From Botryllus schlosseri (Eukaryota), in the NCBI GenBank assembly GCA_051294905.1, contig CM119381.1:14632001-14696000 (forward strand): a stretch of 64,000 bases of DNA, in the 5' to 3' direction. The translations under genes were made by a program, and so were the position numbers. Of the stretch, positions 1-11,864 are shown one piece after another. The notes under the pieces were generated by a model that was not told the origin of the DNA, did not search any database, and saw only the letters and a list, made by a program, of their open reading frames with translations. The stretch's first letter is position 1. Each line of letters begins with the position of its first letter.

Positions 1-132
1 ATGCTCTCCGTGTCAGAGTTATTTTTTGCAATTTTCGTCATTTCAAAACGGTACGAGATTGCGATATAAGGAAAATGCGTTAGGCCTACTACAATTCCAA
101 ATTGACCGAGTTTGTGCGACAATAATGCAAAA

Positions 133-253
133 GCTGCCTACGGCACACGGTATTCCCAGCCGGTCACCCATGCAAGTACTAACCGCGCCCAACGTTGCTT
201 GACTTCCGAGATCAGACGAGATCGGGTATGTTCAACGTGGTATGGTCGTAGGC
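133..253 (-). rRNA. 5S rRNA #1 (flank A, U26)
   Basis: Full 5S fold: helices I-V pair, A box/C box internal control region present, gcTTTTgc Pol III terminator at 129-132. Confidence 0.97.
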
Positions 254-276
254 GACATTGGCTACAATCTGTGCCG

Positions 277-283
277 TTTTAAA
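277..283 (-). promoter_or_regulatory. TATA-like upstream element (TTTAAAA at -24 to -30) of the 5S genes; representative copy
   Basis: ttttaaatgac sits at exactly the same distance from +1 in flank classes A, B and C/D, although bases -1 to -12 differ. Confidence 0.6.
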
Positions 284-598
284 TGACATTTTCCGTTTCT
301 CTCAGGCGAAAAGTCGCCATGCTGCCAACGAGACGCCAAAAAGCAGATTGTCTGATTGCGCCGAGCCACTTTCGACCCAACCGGAGAGAAAAGACTGCTA
401 GCGGTCGAATATCGTTGGCATCCTGCTCTGTTCTTGTACCTGGTCATGAAAAAACCCAAGTAAATTATGCTCTCCGTGTCAGAGTTATTTTTTGCAATTT
501 TCGTCATTTCAAAACGGTACGAGATTGCGATATAAGGAAAATGCGTTAGGCCTACTACAATTCCAAATTGACCGAGTTTGTGCGACAATAATGCAAAA

Positions 599-719
599 GC
601 TGCCTACGGCACACGGTATTCCCAGCCGGTCACCCATGCAAGTACTAACCGCGTCCAACGTTGCTTGACTTCCGAGATCAGACGAGATCGGGTATGTTCA
701 ACGTGGTATGGTCGTAGGC
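599..719 (-). rRNA. 5S rRNA #2 (flank B, U26, G66A)
   Basis: Array unit; gcgtcc variant at 654. Confidence 0.96.
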
Positions 720-1064
720 GAACGATGTGACAATTTGTGCCCTTTTAAATGACGGCTTCCCTTTCTCTCGGGCGAAAAGTCGCCATGCTGCCAACGAGAC
801 GCCAAAAAGCAGATTGTCTGATTGCGCCGAGCCACTTTCGACCCAACCGGAGAGAAAAGTCTGCTAGCGGTCGAATATCGTTGGCATCCTGCTCTGTTCT
901 TGTACCTGGTCATGAAAAAAACCAAGTAAATTATGCTCTCCGTGTCAGAGTTCTTTTTTGCAATTTTCGTCATTTCAAAACGGTACGAGATTGCGATATA
1001 AGGAAAATGCGTTAGGCCTACTACAATTACAAATTGATCGAGTTTGGGCTACAATAATGCAAAA

Positions 1065-1185
1065 GCTGCCTACGGCACACGGTATTCCCAGCCGGTCACC
1101 CATGCAAGTACTAACCGCGCCCAACGTTGCTTGACTTCCGAGATCAGACGAGATCGGGTGTGTTCAACGTGGTATGGTCGTAGGC
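1065..1185 (-). rRNA. 5S rRNA #3 (flank C, C26)
   Basis: Array unit. Confidence 0.96.
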
Positions 1186-1532
1186 GACAGTGGTTGCAAT
1201 CTGTGCCGTTTTAAATGACATTTTCCGTTTCTCTCAGGCTAAAAATTCGCCACGCTGCCAACGAGACGCCTGAAAAGCAGATTGTCTGATTGCGCCGAGC
1301 CACTTTCGACCCAACCGGAGAGAAAAGACTGCTAGCGGTCGAATATCGTTGGCATCCTGCTCTGTTCTTGTACCTGGTCATGAAAAAAACCAAGTAAATT
1401 ATGCTCTCCGTGTCAGAGTTCTTTTTTGCAATTTTCGTCATTTCAAAACGGTACGAGATTGCGATATAAGGAAAATGCGTTAGGCCTACTACAATTACAA
1501 ATTGATCGAGTTTGGGCTACAATAATGCAAAA

Positions 1533-1653
1533 GCTGCCTACGGCACACGGTATTCCCAGCCGGTCACCCATGCAAGTACTAACCGCGCCCAACGTTGCTT
1601 GACTTCCGAGATCAGACGAGATCGGGTGTGTTCAACGTGGTATGGTCGTAGGC
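1533..1653 (-). rRNA. 5S rRNA #4 (flank C, C26)
   Basis: Array unit. Confidence 0.96.
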
Positions 1654-2000
1654 GACAGTGGTTGCAATCTGTGCCGTTTTAAATGACATTTTCCGTTTCT
1701 CTCAGGCTAAAAATTCGCCACGCTGCCAACGAGACGCCTGAAAAGCAGATTGTCTGATTGCGCCGAGCCACTTTCGACCCAACCGGAGAGAAAAGACTGC
1801 TAGCGGTCGAATATCGTTGGCATCCTGCTCTGTTCTTGTACCTGGTCATGAAAAAAACCAAGTAAATTATGCTCTCCGTGTCAGAGTTATTTTTTGCAAT
1901 TTTCGTCATTTCAAAACGGTACGAGATTGCGATATAAGGAAAATGCGTTAGGCCTACTACAATTACAAATTGATCGAGTTTGGGCTACAATAATGCAAAA

Positions 2001-2121
2001 GCTGCCTACGGCACACGGTATTCCCAGCCGGTCACCCATGCAAGTACTAACCGCGCCCAACGTTGCTTGACTTCCGAGATCAGACGAGATCGGGTATGTT
2101 CAACGTGGTATGGTCGTAGGC
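2001..2121 (-). rRNA. 5S rRNA #5 (flank A, U26)
   Basis: Array unit. Confidence 0.96.
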
Positions 2122-2466
2122 GACATTGGCTACAATCTGTGCCGTTTTAAATGACATTTTCCGTTTCTCTCAGGCGAAAAGTCGCCATGCTGCCAACGAG
2201 ACGCCAAAAAGCAGATTGTCTGATTGCGCCGAGCCACTTTCGACCCAACCGGAGAGAAAAGACTGCTAGCGGTCGAATATCGTTGGCATCCTGCTCTGTT
2301 CTTGTACCTGGTCATGAAAAAACCCAAGTAAATTATGCTCTCCGTGTCAGAGTTATTTTTTGCAATTTTCGTCATTTCAAAACGGTACGAGATTGCGATA
2401 TAAGGAAAATGCGTTAGGCCTACTACAATTCCAAATTGACCGAGTTTGTGCGACAATAATGCAAAA

Positions 2467-2587
2467 GCTGCCTACGGCACACGGTATTCCCAGCCGGTCA
2501 CCCATGCAAGTACTAACCGCGCCCAACGTTGCTTGACTTCCGAGATCAGACGAGATCGGGTATGTTCAACGTGGTATGGTCGTAGGC
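2467..2587 (-). rRNA. 5S rRNA #6 (flank B, U26)
   Basis: Array unit. Confidence 0.96.
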
Positions 2588-2932
2588 GAACGATGTGACA
2601 ATTTGTGCCCTTTTAAATGACGGCTTCCCTTTCTCTCGGGCGAAAAGTCGCCATGCTGCCAACGAGACGCCAAAAAGCAGATTGTCTGATTGCGCCGAGC
2701 CACTTTCGACCCAACCGGAGAGAAAAGTCTGCTAGCGGTCGAATATCGTTGGCATCCTGCTCTGTTCTTGTACCTGGTCATGAAAAAAACCAAGTAAATT
2801 ATGCTCTCCGTGTCAGAGTTATTTTTTGCAATTTTCGTCATTTCAAAACGGTACGAGATTGCGATATAAGGAAAATGCGTTAGGCCTACTACAATTACAA
2901 ATTGATCGAGTTTGGGCTACAATAATGCAAAA

Positions 2933-3053
2933 GCTGCCTACGGCACACGGTATTCCCAGCCGGTCACCCATGCAAGTACTAACCGCGCCCAACGTTGCTT
3001 GACTTCCGAGATCAGACGAGATCGGGTGTGTTCAACGTGGTATGGTCGTAGGC
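2933..3053 (-). rRNA. 5S rRNA #7 (short flank D, C26)
   Basis: Array unit. Confidence 0.96.
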
Positions 3054-3295
3054 GACAGTGGTTGCAATCTGTGCCGTTTTAAATGACATTTTCCGTTTCT
3101 CTCAGGCTAAAAATTCGCCACGCTGCCAACGAGACGCCTGAAAAGCAGATTGTCTGATTGAGCCGAGCCACTTTCGACCCAACCGGAGAGAAACGTCTGC
3201 TAGCGGTCGAATATCATTGGCATTATCCTGCTTTTTTCTTGTATCTATGTACTACAATTACAAATTGACCGAGTTTGTGCTACAATAATGCAAAA

Positions 3296-3416
3296 GCTGC
3301 CTACGGCACACGGTATTCCCAGCCGGTCACCCATGCAAGTACTAACCGCGCCCAACGTTGCTTGACTTCCGAGATCAGACGAGATCGGGTATGTTCAACG
3401 TGGTATGGTCGTAGGC
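3296..3416 (-). rRNA. 5S rRNA #8 (flank B, U26)
   Basis: Array unit. Confidence 0.96.
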
Positions 3417-3761
3417 GAACGATGTGACAATTTGTGCCCTTTTAAATGACGGCTTCCCTTTCTCTCGGGCGAAAAGTCGCCATGCTGCCAACGAGACGCC
3501 AAAAAGCAGATTGTCTGATTGCGCCGAGCCACTTTCGACCCAACCGGAGAGAAAAGTCTGCTAGCGGTCGAATATCGTTGGCATCCTGCTCTGTTCTTGT
3601 ACCTGGTCATGAAAAAAACCAAGTAAATTATGCTCTCCGTGTCAGAGTTATTTTTTGCAATTTTCGTCATTTCAAAACGGTACGAGATTGCGATATAAGG
3701 AAAATGCGTTAGGCCTACTACAATTACAAATTGATCGAGTTTGGGCTACAATAATGCAAAA

Positions 3762-3882
3762 GCTGCCTACGGCACACGGTATTCCCAGCCGGTCACCCAT
3801 GCAAGTACTAACCGCGCCCAACGTTGCTTGACTTCCGAGATCAGACGAGATCGGGTATGTTCAACGTGGTATGGTCGTAGGC
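3762..3882 (-). rRNA. 5S rRNA #9 (flank A, U26)
   Basis: Array unit. Confidence 0.96.
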
Positions 3883-4227
3883 GACATTGGCTACAATCTG
3901 TGCCGTTTTAAATGACATTTTCCGTTTCTCTCAGGCGAAAAGTCGCCATGCTGCCAACGAGACGCCAAAAAGCAGATTGTCTGATTGCGCCGAGCCACTT
4001 TCGACCCAACCGGAGAGAAAAGACTGCTAGCGGTCGAATATCGTTGGCATCCTGCTCTGTTCTTGTACCTGGTCATGAAAAAACCCAAGTAAATTATGCT
4101 CTCCGTGTCAGAGTTATTTTTTGCAATTTTCGTCATTTCAAAACGGTACGAGATTGCGATATAAGGAAAATGCGTTAGGCCTACTACAATTCCAAATTGA
4201 CCGAGTTTGTGCGACAATAATGCAAAA

Positions 4228-4348
4228 GCTGCCTACGGCACACGGTATTCCCAGCCGGTCACCCATGCAAGTACTAACCGCGCCCAACGTTGCTTGACTT
4301 CCGAGATCAGACGAGATCGGGTATGTTCAACGTGGTATGGTCGTAGGC
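4228..4348 (-). rRNA. 5S rRNA #10 (flank B, U26)
   Basis: Array unit. Confidence 0.96.
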
Positions 4349-4693
4349 GAACGATGTGACAATTTGTGCCCTTTTAAATGACGGCTTCCCTTTCTCTCGG
4401 GCGAAAAGTCGCCATGCTGCCAACGAGACGCCAAAAAGCAGATTGTCTGATTGCGCCGAGCCACTTTCGACCCAACCGGAGAGAAAAGTCTGCTAGCGGT
4501 CGAATATCGTTGGCATCCTGCTCTGTTCTTGTACCTGGTCATGAAAAAAACCAAGTAAATTATGCTCTCCGTGTCAGAGTTATTTTTTGCAATTTTCGTC
4601 ATTTCAAAACGGTACGAGATTGCGATATAAGGAAAATGCGTTAGGCCTACTACAATTACAAATTGATCGAGTTTGGGCTACAATAATGCAAAA

Positions 4694-4814
4694 GCTGCCT
4701 ACGGCACACGGTATTCCCAGCCGGTCACCCATGCAAGTACTAACCGCGCCCAACGTTGCTTGACTTCCGAGATCAGACGAGATCGGGTGTGTTCAACGTG
4801 GTATGGTCGTAGGC
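4694..4814 (-). rRNA. 5S rRNA #11 (flank D, C26)
   Basis: Array unit. Confidence 0.96.
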
Positions 4815-5056
4815 GACAGTGGTTGCAATCTGTGCCGTTTTAAATGACATTTTCCGTTTCTCTCAGGCTAAAAATTCGCCACGCTGCCAACGAGACGCCT
4901 GAAAAGCAGATTGTCTGATTGAGCCGAGCCACTTTCGACCCAACCGGAGAGAAACGTCTGCTAGCGGTCGAATATCATTGGCATTATCCTGCTTTTTTCT
5001 TGTATCTATGTACTACAATTACAAATTGACCGAGTTTGTGCTACAATAATGCAAAA

Positions 5057-5177
5057 GCTGCCTACGGCACACGGTATTCCCAGCCGGTCACCCATGCAAG
5101 TACTAACCGCGCCCAACGTTGCTTGACTTCCGAGATCAGACGAGATCGGGTATGTTCAACGTGGTATGGTCGTAGGC
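5057..5177 (-). rRNA. 5S rRNA #12 (flank A, U26)
   Basis: Array unit. Confidence 0.96.
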
Positions 5178-5522
5178 GACATTGGCTACAATCTGTGCCG
5201 TTTTAAATGACATTTTCCGTTTCTCTCAGGCGAAAAGTCGCCATGCTGCCAACGAGACGCCAAAAAGCAGATTGTCTGATTGCGCCGAGCCACTTTCGAC
5301 CCAACCGGAGAGAAAAGACTGCTAGCGGTCGAATATCGTTGGCATCCTGCTCTGTTCTTGTACCTGGTCATGAAAAAACCCAAGTAAATTATGCTCTCCG
5401 TGTCAGAGTTATTTTTTGCAATTTTCGTCATTTCAAAACGGTACGAGATTGCGATATAAGGAAAATGCGTTAGGCCTACTACAATTCCAAATTGACCGAG
5501 TTTGTGCGACAATAATGCAAAA

Positions 5523-5643
5523 GCTGCCTACGGCACACGGTATTCCCAGCCGGTCACCCATGCAAGTACTAACCGCGCCCAACGTTGCTTGACTTCCGAG
5601 ATCAGACGAGATCGGGTATGTTCAACGTGGTATGGTCGTAGGC
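5523..5643 (-). rRNA. 5S rRNA #13 (flank B, U26)
   Basis: Array unit. Confidence 0.96.
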
Positions 5644-5988
5644 GAACGATGTGACAATTTGTGCCCTTTTAAATGACGGCTTCCCTTTCTCTCGGGCGAA
5701 AAGTCGCCATGCTGCCAACGAGACGCCAAAAAGCAGATTGTCTGATTGCGCCGAGCCACTTTCGACCCAACCGGAGAGAAAAGTCTGCTAGCGGTCGAAT
5801 ATCGTTGGCATCCTGCTCTGTTCTTGTACCTGGTCATGAAAAAAACCAAGTAAATTATGCTCTCCGTGTCAGAGTTATTTTTTGCAATTTTCGTCATTTC
5901 AAAACGGTACGAGATTGCGATATAAGGAAAATGCGTTAGGCCTACTACAATTACAAATTGATCGAGTTTGGGCTACAATAATGCAAAA

Positions 5989-6109
5989 GCTGCCTACGGC
6001 ACACGGTATTCCCAGCCGGTCACCCATGCAAGTACTAACCGCGCCCAACGTTGCTTGACTTCCGAGATCAGACGAGATCGGGTGTGTTCAACGTGGTATG
6101 GTCGTAGGC
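5989..6109 (-). rRNA. 5S rRNA #14 (flank D, C26)
   Basis: Array unit. Confidence 0.96.
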
Positions 6110-6351
6110 GACAGTGGTTGCAATCTGTGCCGTTTTAAATGACATTTTCCGTTTCTCTCAGGCTAAAAATTCGCCACGCTGCCAACGAGACGCCTGAAAA
6201 GCAGATTGTCTGATTGAGCCGAGCCACTTTCGACCCAACCGGAGAGAAACGTCTGCTAGCGGTCGAATATCATTGGCATTATCCTGCTTTTTTCTTGTAT
6301 CTATGTACTACAATTACAAATTGACCGAGTTTGTGCTACAATAATGCAAAA

Positions 6352-6472
6352 GCTGCCTACGGCACACGGTATTCCCAGCCGGTCACCCATGCAAGTACTA
6401 ACCGCGCCCAACGTTGCTTGACTTCCGAGATCAGACGAGATCGGGTGTGTTCAACGTGGTATGGTCGTAGGC
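6352..6472 (-). rRNA. 5S rRNA #15 (flank C, C26)
   Basis: Array unit. Confidence 0.96.
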
Positions 6473-6819
6473 GACAGTGGTTGCAATCTGTGCCGTTTTA
6501 AATGACATTTTCCGTTTCTCTCAGGCTAAAAATTCGCCACGCTGCCAACGAGACGCCTGAAAAGCAGATTGTCTGATTGCGCCGAGCCACTTTCGACCCA
6601 ACCGGAGAGAAAAGACTGCTAGCGGTCGAATATCGTTGGCATCCTGCTCTGTTCTTGTACCTGGTCATGAAAAAACCCAAGTAAATTATGCTCTCCGTGT
6701 CAGAGTTATTTTTTGCAATTTTCGTCATTTCAAAACGGTACGAGATTGCGATATAAGGAAAATGCGTTAGGCCTACTACAATTACAAATTGATCGAGTTT
6801 GGGCTACAATAATGCAAAA

Positions 6820-6940
6820 GCTGCCTACGGCACACGGTATTCCCAGCCGGTCACCCATGCAAGTACTAACCGCGCCCAACGTTGCTTGACTTCCGAGATC
6901 AGACGAGATCGGGTGTGTTCAACGTGGTATGGTCGTAGGC
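6820..6940 (-). rRNA. 5S rRNA #16 (flank D, C26)
   Basis: Array unit. Confidence 0.96.
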
Positions 6941-7182
6941 GACAGTGGTTGCAATCTGTGCCGTTTTAAATGACATTTTCCGTTTCTCTCAGGCTAAAAA
7001 TTCGCCACGCTGCCAACGAGACGCCTGAAAAGCAGATTGTCCGATTGAGCCGAGCCACTTTCGACCCAACCGGAGAGAAACGTCTGCTAGCGGTCGAATA
7101 TCATTGGCATTATCCTGCTTTTTTCTTGTATCTATGTACTACAATTACAAATTGACCGAGTTTGTGCTACAATAATGCAAAA

Positions 7183-7303
7183 GCTGCCTACGGCACACGG
7201 TATTCCCAGCCGGTCACCCATGCAAGTACTAACCGCGCCCAACGTTGCTTGACTTCCGAGATCAGACGAGATCGGGTATGTTCAACGTGGTATGGTCGTA
7301 GGC
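7183..7303 (-). rRNA. 5S rRNA #17 (flank A, U26)
   Basis: Array unit. Confidence 0.96.
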
Positions 7304-7648
7304 GACATTGGCTACAATCTGTGCCGTTTTAAATGACATTTTCCGTTTCTCTCAGGCGAAAAGTCGCCATGCTGCCAACGAGACGCCAAAAAGCAGATTG
7401 TCTGATTGCGCCGAGCCACTTTCGACCCAACCGGAGAGAAAAGACTGCTAGCGGTCGAATATCGTTGGCATCCTGCTCTGTTCTTGTACCTGGTCATGAA
7501 AAAACCCAAGTAAATTATGCTCTCCGTGTCAGAGTTATTTTTTGCAATTTTCGTCATTTCAAAACGGTACGAGATTGCGATATAAGGAAAATGCGTTAGG
7601 CCTACTACAATTCCAAATTGACCGAGTTTGTGCGACAATAATGCAAAA

Positions 7649-7769
7649 GCTGCCTACGGCACACGGTATTCCCAGCCGGTCACCCATGCAAGTACTAACC
7701 GCGCCCAACGTTGCTTGACTTCCGAGATCAGACGAGATCGGGTATGTTCAACGTGGTATGGTCGTAGGC
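7649..7769 (-). rRNA. 5S rRNA #18 (flank A, U26)
   Basis: Array unit; #1 + 7516. Confidence 0.96.
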
Positions 7770-8114
7770 GACATTGGCTACAATCTGTGCCGTTTTAAAT
7801 GACATTTTCCGTTTCTCTCAGGCGAAAAGTCGCCATGCTGCCAACGAGACGCCAAAAAGCAGATTGTCTGATTGCGCCGAGCCACTTTCGACCCAACCGG
7901 AGAGAAAAGACTGCTAGCGGTCGAATATCGTTGGCATCCTGCTCTGTTCTTGTACCTGGTCATGAAAAAACCCAAGTAAATTATGCTCTCCGTGTCAGAG
8001 TTATTTTTTGCAATTTTCGTCATTTCAAAACGGTACGAGATTGCGATATAAGGAAAATGCGTTAGGCCTACTACAATTCCAAATTGACCGAGTTTGTGCG
8101 ACAATAATGCAAAA

Positions 8115-8235
8115 GCTGCCTACGGCACACGGTATTCCCAGCCGGTCACCCATGCAAGTACTAACCGCGTCCAACGTTGCTTGACTTCCGAGATCAGACG
8201 AGATCGGGTATGTTCAACGTGGTATGGTCGTAGGC
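8115..8235 (-). rRNA. 5S rRNA #19 (flank B, U26, G66A)
   Basis: Array unit; variant at 8170. Confidence 0.96.
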
Positions 8236-8580
8236 GAACGATGTGACAATTTGTGCCCTTTTAAATGACGGCTTCCCTTTCTCTCGGGCGAAAAGTCGCC
8301 ATGCTGCCAACGAGACGCCAAAAAGCAGATTGTCTGATTGCGCCGAGCCACTTTCGACCCAACCGGAGAGAAAAGTCTGCTAGCGGTCGAATATCGTTGG
8401 CATCCTGCTCTGTTCTTGTACCTGGTCATGAAAAAAACCAAGTAAATTATGCTCTCCGTGTCAGAGTTCTTTTTTGCAATTTTCGTCATTTCAAAACGGT
8501 ACGAGATTGCGATATAAGGAAAATGCGTTAGGCCTACTACAATTACAAATTGATCGAGTTTGGGCTACAATAATGCAAAA

Positions 8581-8701
8581 GCTGCCTACGGCACACGGTA
8601 TTCCCAGCCGGTCACCCATGCAAGTACTAACCGCGCCCAACGTTGCTTGACTTCCGAGATCAGACGAGATCGGGTGTGTTCAACGTGGTATGGTCGTAGG
8701 C
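8581..8701 (-). rRNA. 5S rRNA #20 (flank C, C26)
   Basis: Array unit. Confidence 0.96.
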
Positions 8702-9048
8702 GACAGTGGTTGCAATCTGTGCCGTTTTAAATGACATTTTCCGTTTCTCTCAGGCTAAAAATTCGCCACGCTGCCAACGAGACGCCTGAAAAGCAGATTG
8801 TCTGATTGCGCCGAGCCACTTTCGACCCAACCGGAGAGAAAAGACTGCTAGCGGTCGAATATCGTTGGCATCCTGCTCTGTTCTTGTACCTGGTCATGAA
8901 AAAAACCAAGTAAATTATGCTCTCCGTGTCAGAGTTCTTTTTTGCAATTTTCGTCATTTCAAAACGGTACGAGATTGCGATATAAGGAAAATGCGTTAGG
9001 CCTACTACAATTACAAATTGATCGAGTTTGGGCTACAATAATGCAAAA

Positions 9049-9169
9049 GCTGCCTACGGCACACGGTATTCCCAGCCGGTCACCCATGCAAGTACTAACC
9101 GCGCCCAACGTTGCTTGACTTCCGAGATCAGACGAGATCGGGTGTGTTCAACGTGGTATGGTCGTAGGC
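9049..9169 (-). rRNA. 5S rRNA #21 (flank C, C26)
   Basis: Array unit. Confidence 0.96.
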
Positions 9170-9516
9170 GACAGTGGTTGCAATCTGTGCCGTTTTAAAT
9201 GACATTTTCCGTTTCTCTCAGGCTAAAAATTCGCCACGCTGCCAACGAGACGCCTGAAAAGCAGATTGTCTGATTGCGCCGAGCCACTTTCGACCCAACC
9301 GGAGAGAAAAGACTGCTAGCGGTCGAATATCGTTGGCATCCTGCTCTGTTCTTGTACCTGGTCATGAAAAAAACCAAGTAAATTATGCTCTCCGTGTCAG
9401 AGTTATTTTTTGCAATTTTCGTCATTTCAAAACGGTACGAGATTGCGATATAAGGAAAATGCGTTAGGCCTACTACAATTACAAATTGATCGAGTTTGGG
9501 CTACAATAATGCAAAA

Positions 9517-9637
9517 GCTGCCTACGGCACACGGTATTCCCAGCCGGTCACCCATGCAAGTACTAACCGCGCCCAACGTTGCTTGACTTCCGAGATCAGA
9601 CGAGATCGGGTATGTTCAACGTGGTATGGTCGTAGGC
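9517..9637 (-). rRNA. 5S rRNA #22 (flank A, U26)
   Basis: Array unit. Confidence 0.96.
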
Positions 9638-9982
9638 GACATTGGCTACAATCTGTGCCGTTTTAAATGACATTTTCCGTTTCTCTCAGGCGAAAAGTCG
9701 CCATGCTGCCAACGAGACGCCAAAAAGCAGATTGTCTGATTGCGCCGAGCCACTTTCGACCCAACCGGAGAGAAAAGACTGCTAGCGGTCGAATATCGTT
9801 GGCATCCTGCTCTGTTCTTGTACCTGGTCATGAAAAAACCCAAGTAAATTATGCTCTCCGTGTCAGAGTTATTTTTTGCAATTTTCGTCATTTCAAAACG
9901 GTACGAGATTGCGATATAAGGAAAATGCGTTAGGCCTACTACAATTCCAAATTGACCGAGTTTGTGCGACAATAATGCAAAA

Positions 9983-10103
9983 GCTGCCTACGGCACACGG
10001 TATTCCCAGCCGGTCACCCATGCAAGTACTAACCGCGCCCAACGTTGCTTGACTTCCGAGATCAGACGAGATCGGGTATGTTCAACGTGGTATGGTCGTA
10101 GGC
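9983..10103 (-). rRNA. 5S rRNA #23 (flank B, U26)
   Basis: Array unit. Confidence 0.96.
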
Positions 10104-10448
10104 GAACGATGTGACAATTTGTGCCCTTTTAAATGACGGCTTCCCTTTCTCTCGGGCGAAAAGTCGCCATGCTGCCAACGAGACGCCAAAAAGCAGATTG
10201 TCTGATTGCGCCGAGCCACTTTCGACCCAACCGGAGAGAAAAGTCTGCTAGCGGTCGAATATCGTTGGCATCCTGCTCTGTTCTTGTACCTGGTCATGAA
10301 AAAAACCAAGTAAATTATGCTCTCCGTGTCAGAGTTATTTTTTGCAATTTTCGTCATTTCAAAACGGTACGAGATTGCGATATAAGGAAAATGCGTTAGG
10401 CCTACTACAATTACAAATTGATCGAGTTTGGGCTACAATAATGCAAAA

Positions 10449-10569
10449 GCTGCCTACGGCACACGGTATTCCCAGCCGGTCACCCATGCAAGTACTAACC
10501 GCGCCCAACGTTGCTTGACTTCCGAGATCAGACGAGATCGGGTGTGTTCAACGTGGTATGGTCGTAGGC
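10449..10569 (-). rRNA. 5S rRNA #24 (flank D, C26)
   Basis: Array unit. Confidence 0.96.
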
Positions 10570-10811
10570 GACAGTGGTTGCAATCTGTGCCGTTTTAAAT
10601 GACATTTTCCGTTTCTCTCAGGCTAAAAATTCGCCACGCTGCCAACGAGACGCCTGAAAAGCAGATTGTCTGATTGAGCCGAGCCACTTTCGACCCAACC
10701 GGAGAGAAACGTCTGCTAGCGGTCGAATATCATTGGCATTATCCTGCTTTTTTCTTGTATCTATGTACTACAATTACAAATTGACCGAGTTTGTGCTACA
10801 ATAATGCAAAA

Positions 10812-10932
10812 GCTGCCTACGGCACACGGTATTCCCAGCCGGTCACCCATGCAAGTACTAACCGCGCCCAACGTTGCTTGACTTCCGAGATCAGACGAGA
10901 TCGGGTATGTTCAACGTGGTATGGTCGTAGGC
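10812..10932 (-). rRNA. 5S rRNA #25 (flank B, U26)
   Basis: Array unit. Confidence 0.96.
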
Positions 10933-11277
10933 GAACGATGTGACAATTTGTGCCCTTTTAAATGACGGCTTCCCTTTCTCTCGGGCGAAAAGTCGCCATG
11001 CTGCCAACGAGACGCCAAAAAGCAGATTGTCTGATTGCGCCGAGCCACTTTCGACCCAACCGGAGAGAAAAGTCTGCTAGCGGTCGAATATCGTTGGCAT
11101 CCTGCTCTGTTCTTGTACCTGGTCATGAAAAAAACCAAGTAAATTATGCTCTCCGTGTCAGAGTTATTTTTTGCAATTTTCGTCATTTCAAAACGGTACG
11201 AGATTGCGATATAAGGAAAATGCGTTAGGCCTACTACAATTACAAATTGATCGAGTTTGGGCTACAATAATGCAAAA

Positions 11278-11398
11278 GCTGCCTACGGCACACGGTATTC
11301 CCAGCCGGTCACCCATGCAAGTACTAACCGCGCCCAACGTTGCTTGACTTCCGAGATCAGACGAGATCGGGTATGTTCAACGTGGTATGGTCGTAGGC
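11278..11398 (-). rRNA. 5S rRNA #26 (flank A, U26)
   Basis: Array unit. Confidence 0.96.
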
Positions 11399-11743
11399 GA
11401 CATTGGCTACAATCTGTGCCGTTTTAAATGACATTTTCCGTTTCTCTCAGGCGAAAAGTCGCCATGCTGCCAACGAGACGCCAAAAAGCAGATTGTCTGA
11501 TTGCGCCGAGCCACTTTCGACCCAACCGGAGAGAAAAGACTGCTAGCGGTCGAATATCGTTGGCATCCTGCTCTGTTCTTGTACCTGGTCATGAAAAAAC
11601 CCAAGTAAATTATGCTCTCCGTGTCAGAGTTATTTTTTGCAATTTTCGTCATTTCAAAACGGTACGAGATTGCGATATAAGGAAAATGCGTTAGGCCTAC
11701 TACAATTCCAAATTGACCGAGTTTGTGCGACAATAATGCAAAA

Positions 11744-11864
11744 GCTGCCTACGGCACACGGTATTCCCAGCCGGTCACCCATGCAAGTACTAACCGCGCC
11801 CAACGTTGCTTGACTTCCGAGATCAGACGAGATCGGGTATGTTCAACGTGGTATGGTCGTAGGC
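11744..11864 (-). rRNA. 5S rRNA #27 (flank B, U26)
   Basis: Array unit. Confidence 0.96.

Noticed and set aside
427-435. TCTGTTCTT in the spacer resembles part of the U2 snRNA 5' region
   Set aside because: Only 9 nt; no U2 branch-recognition sequence or other U1/U2/U4/U5/U6 hallmarks nearby.
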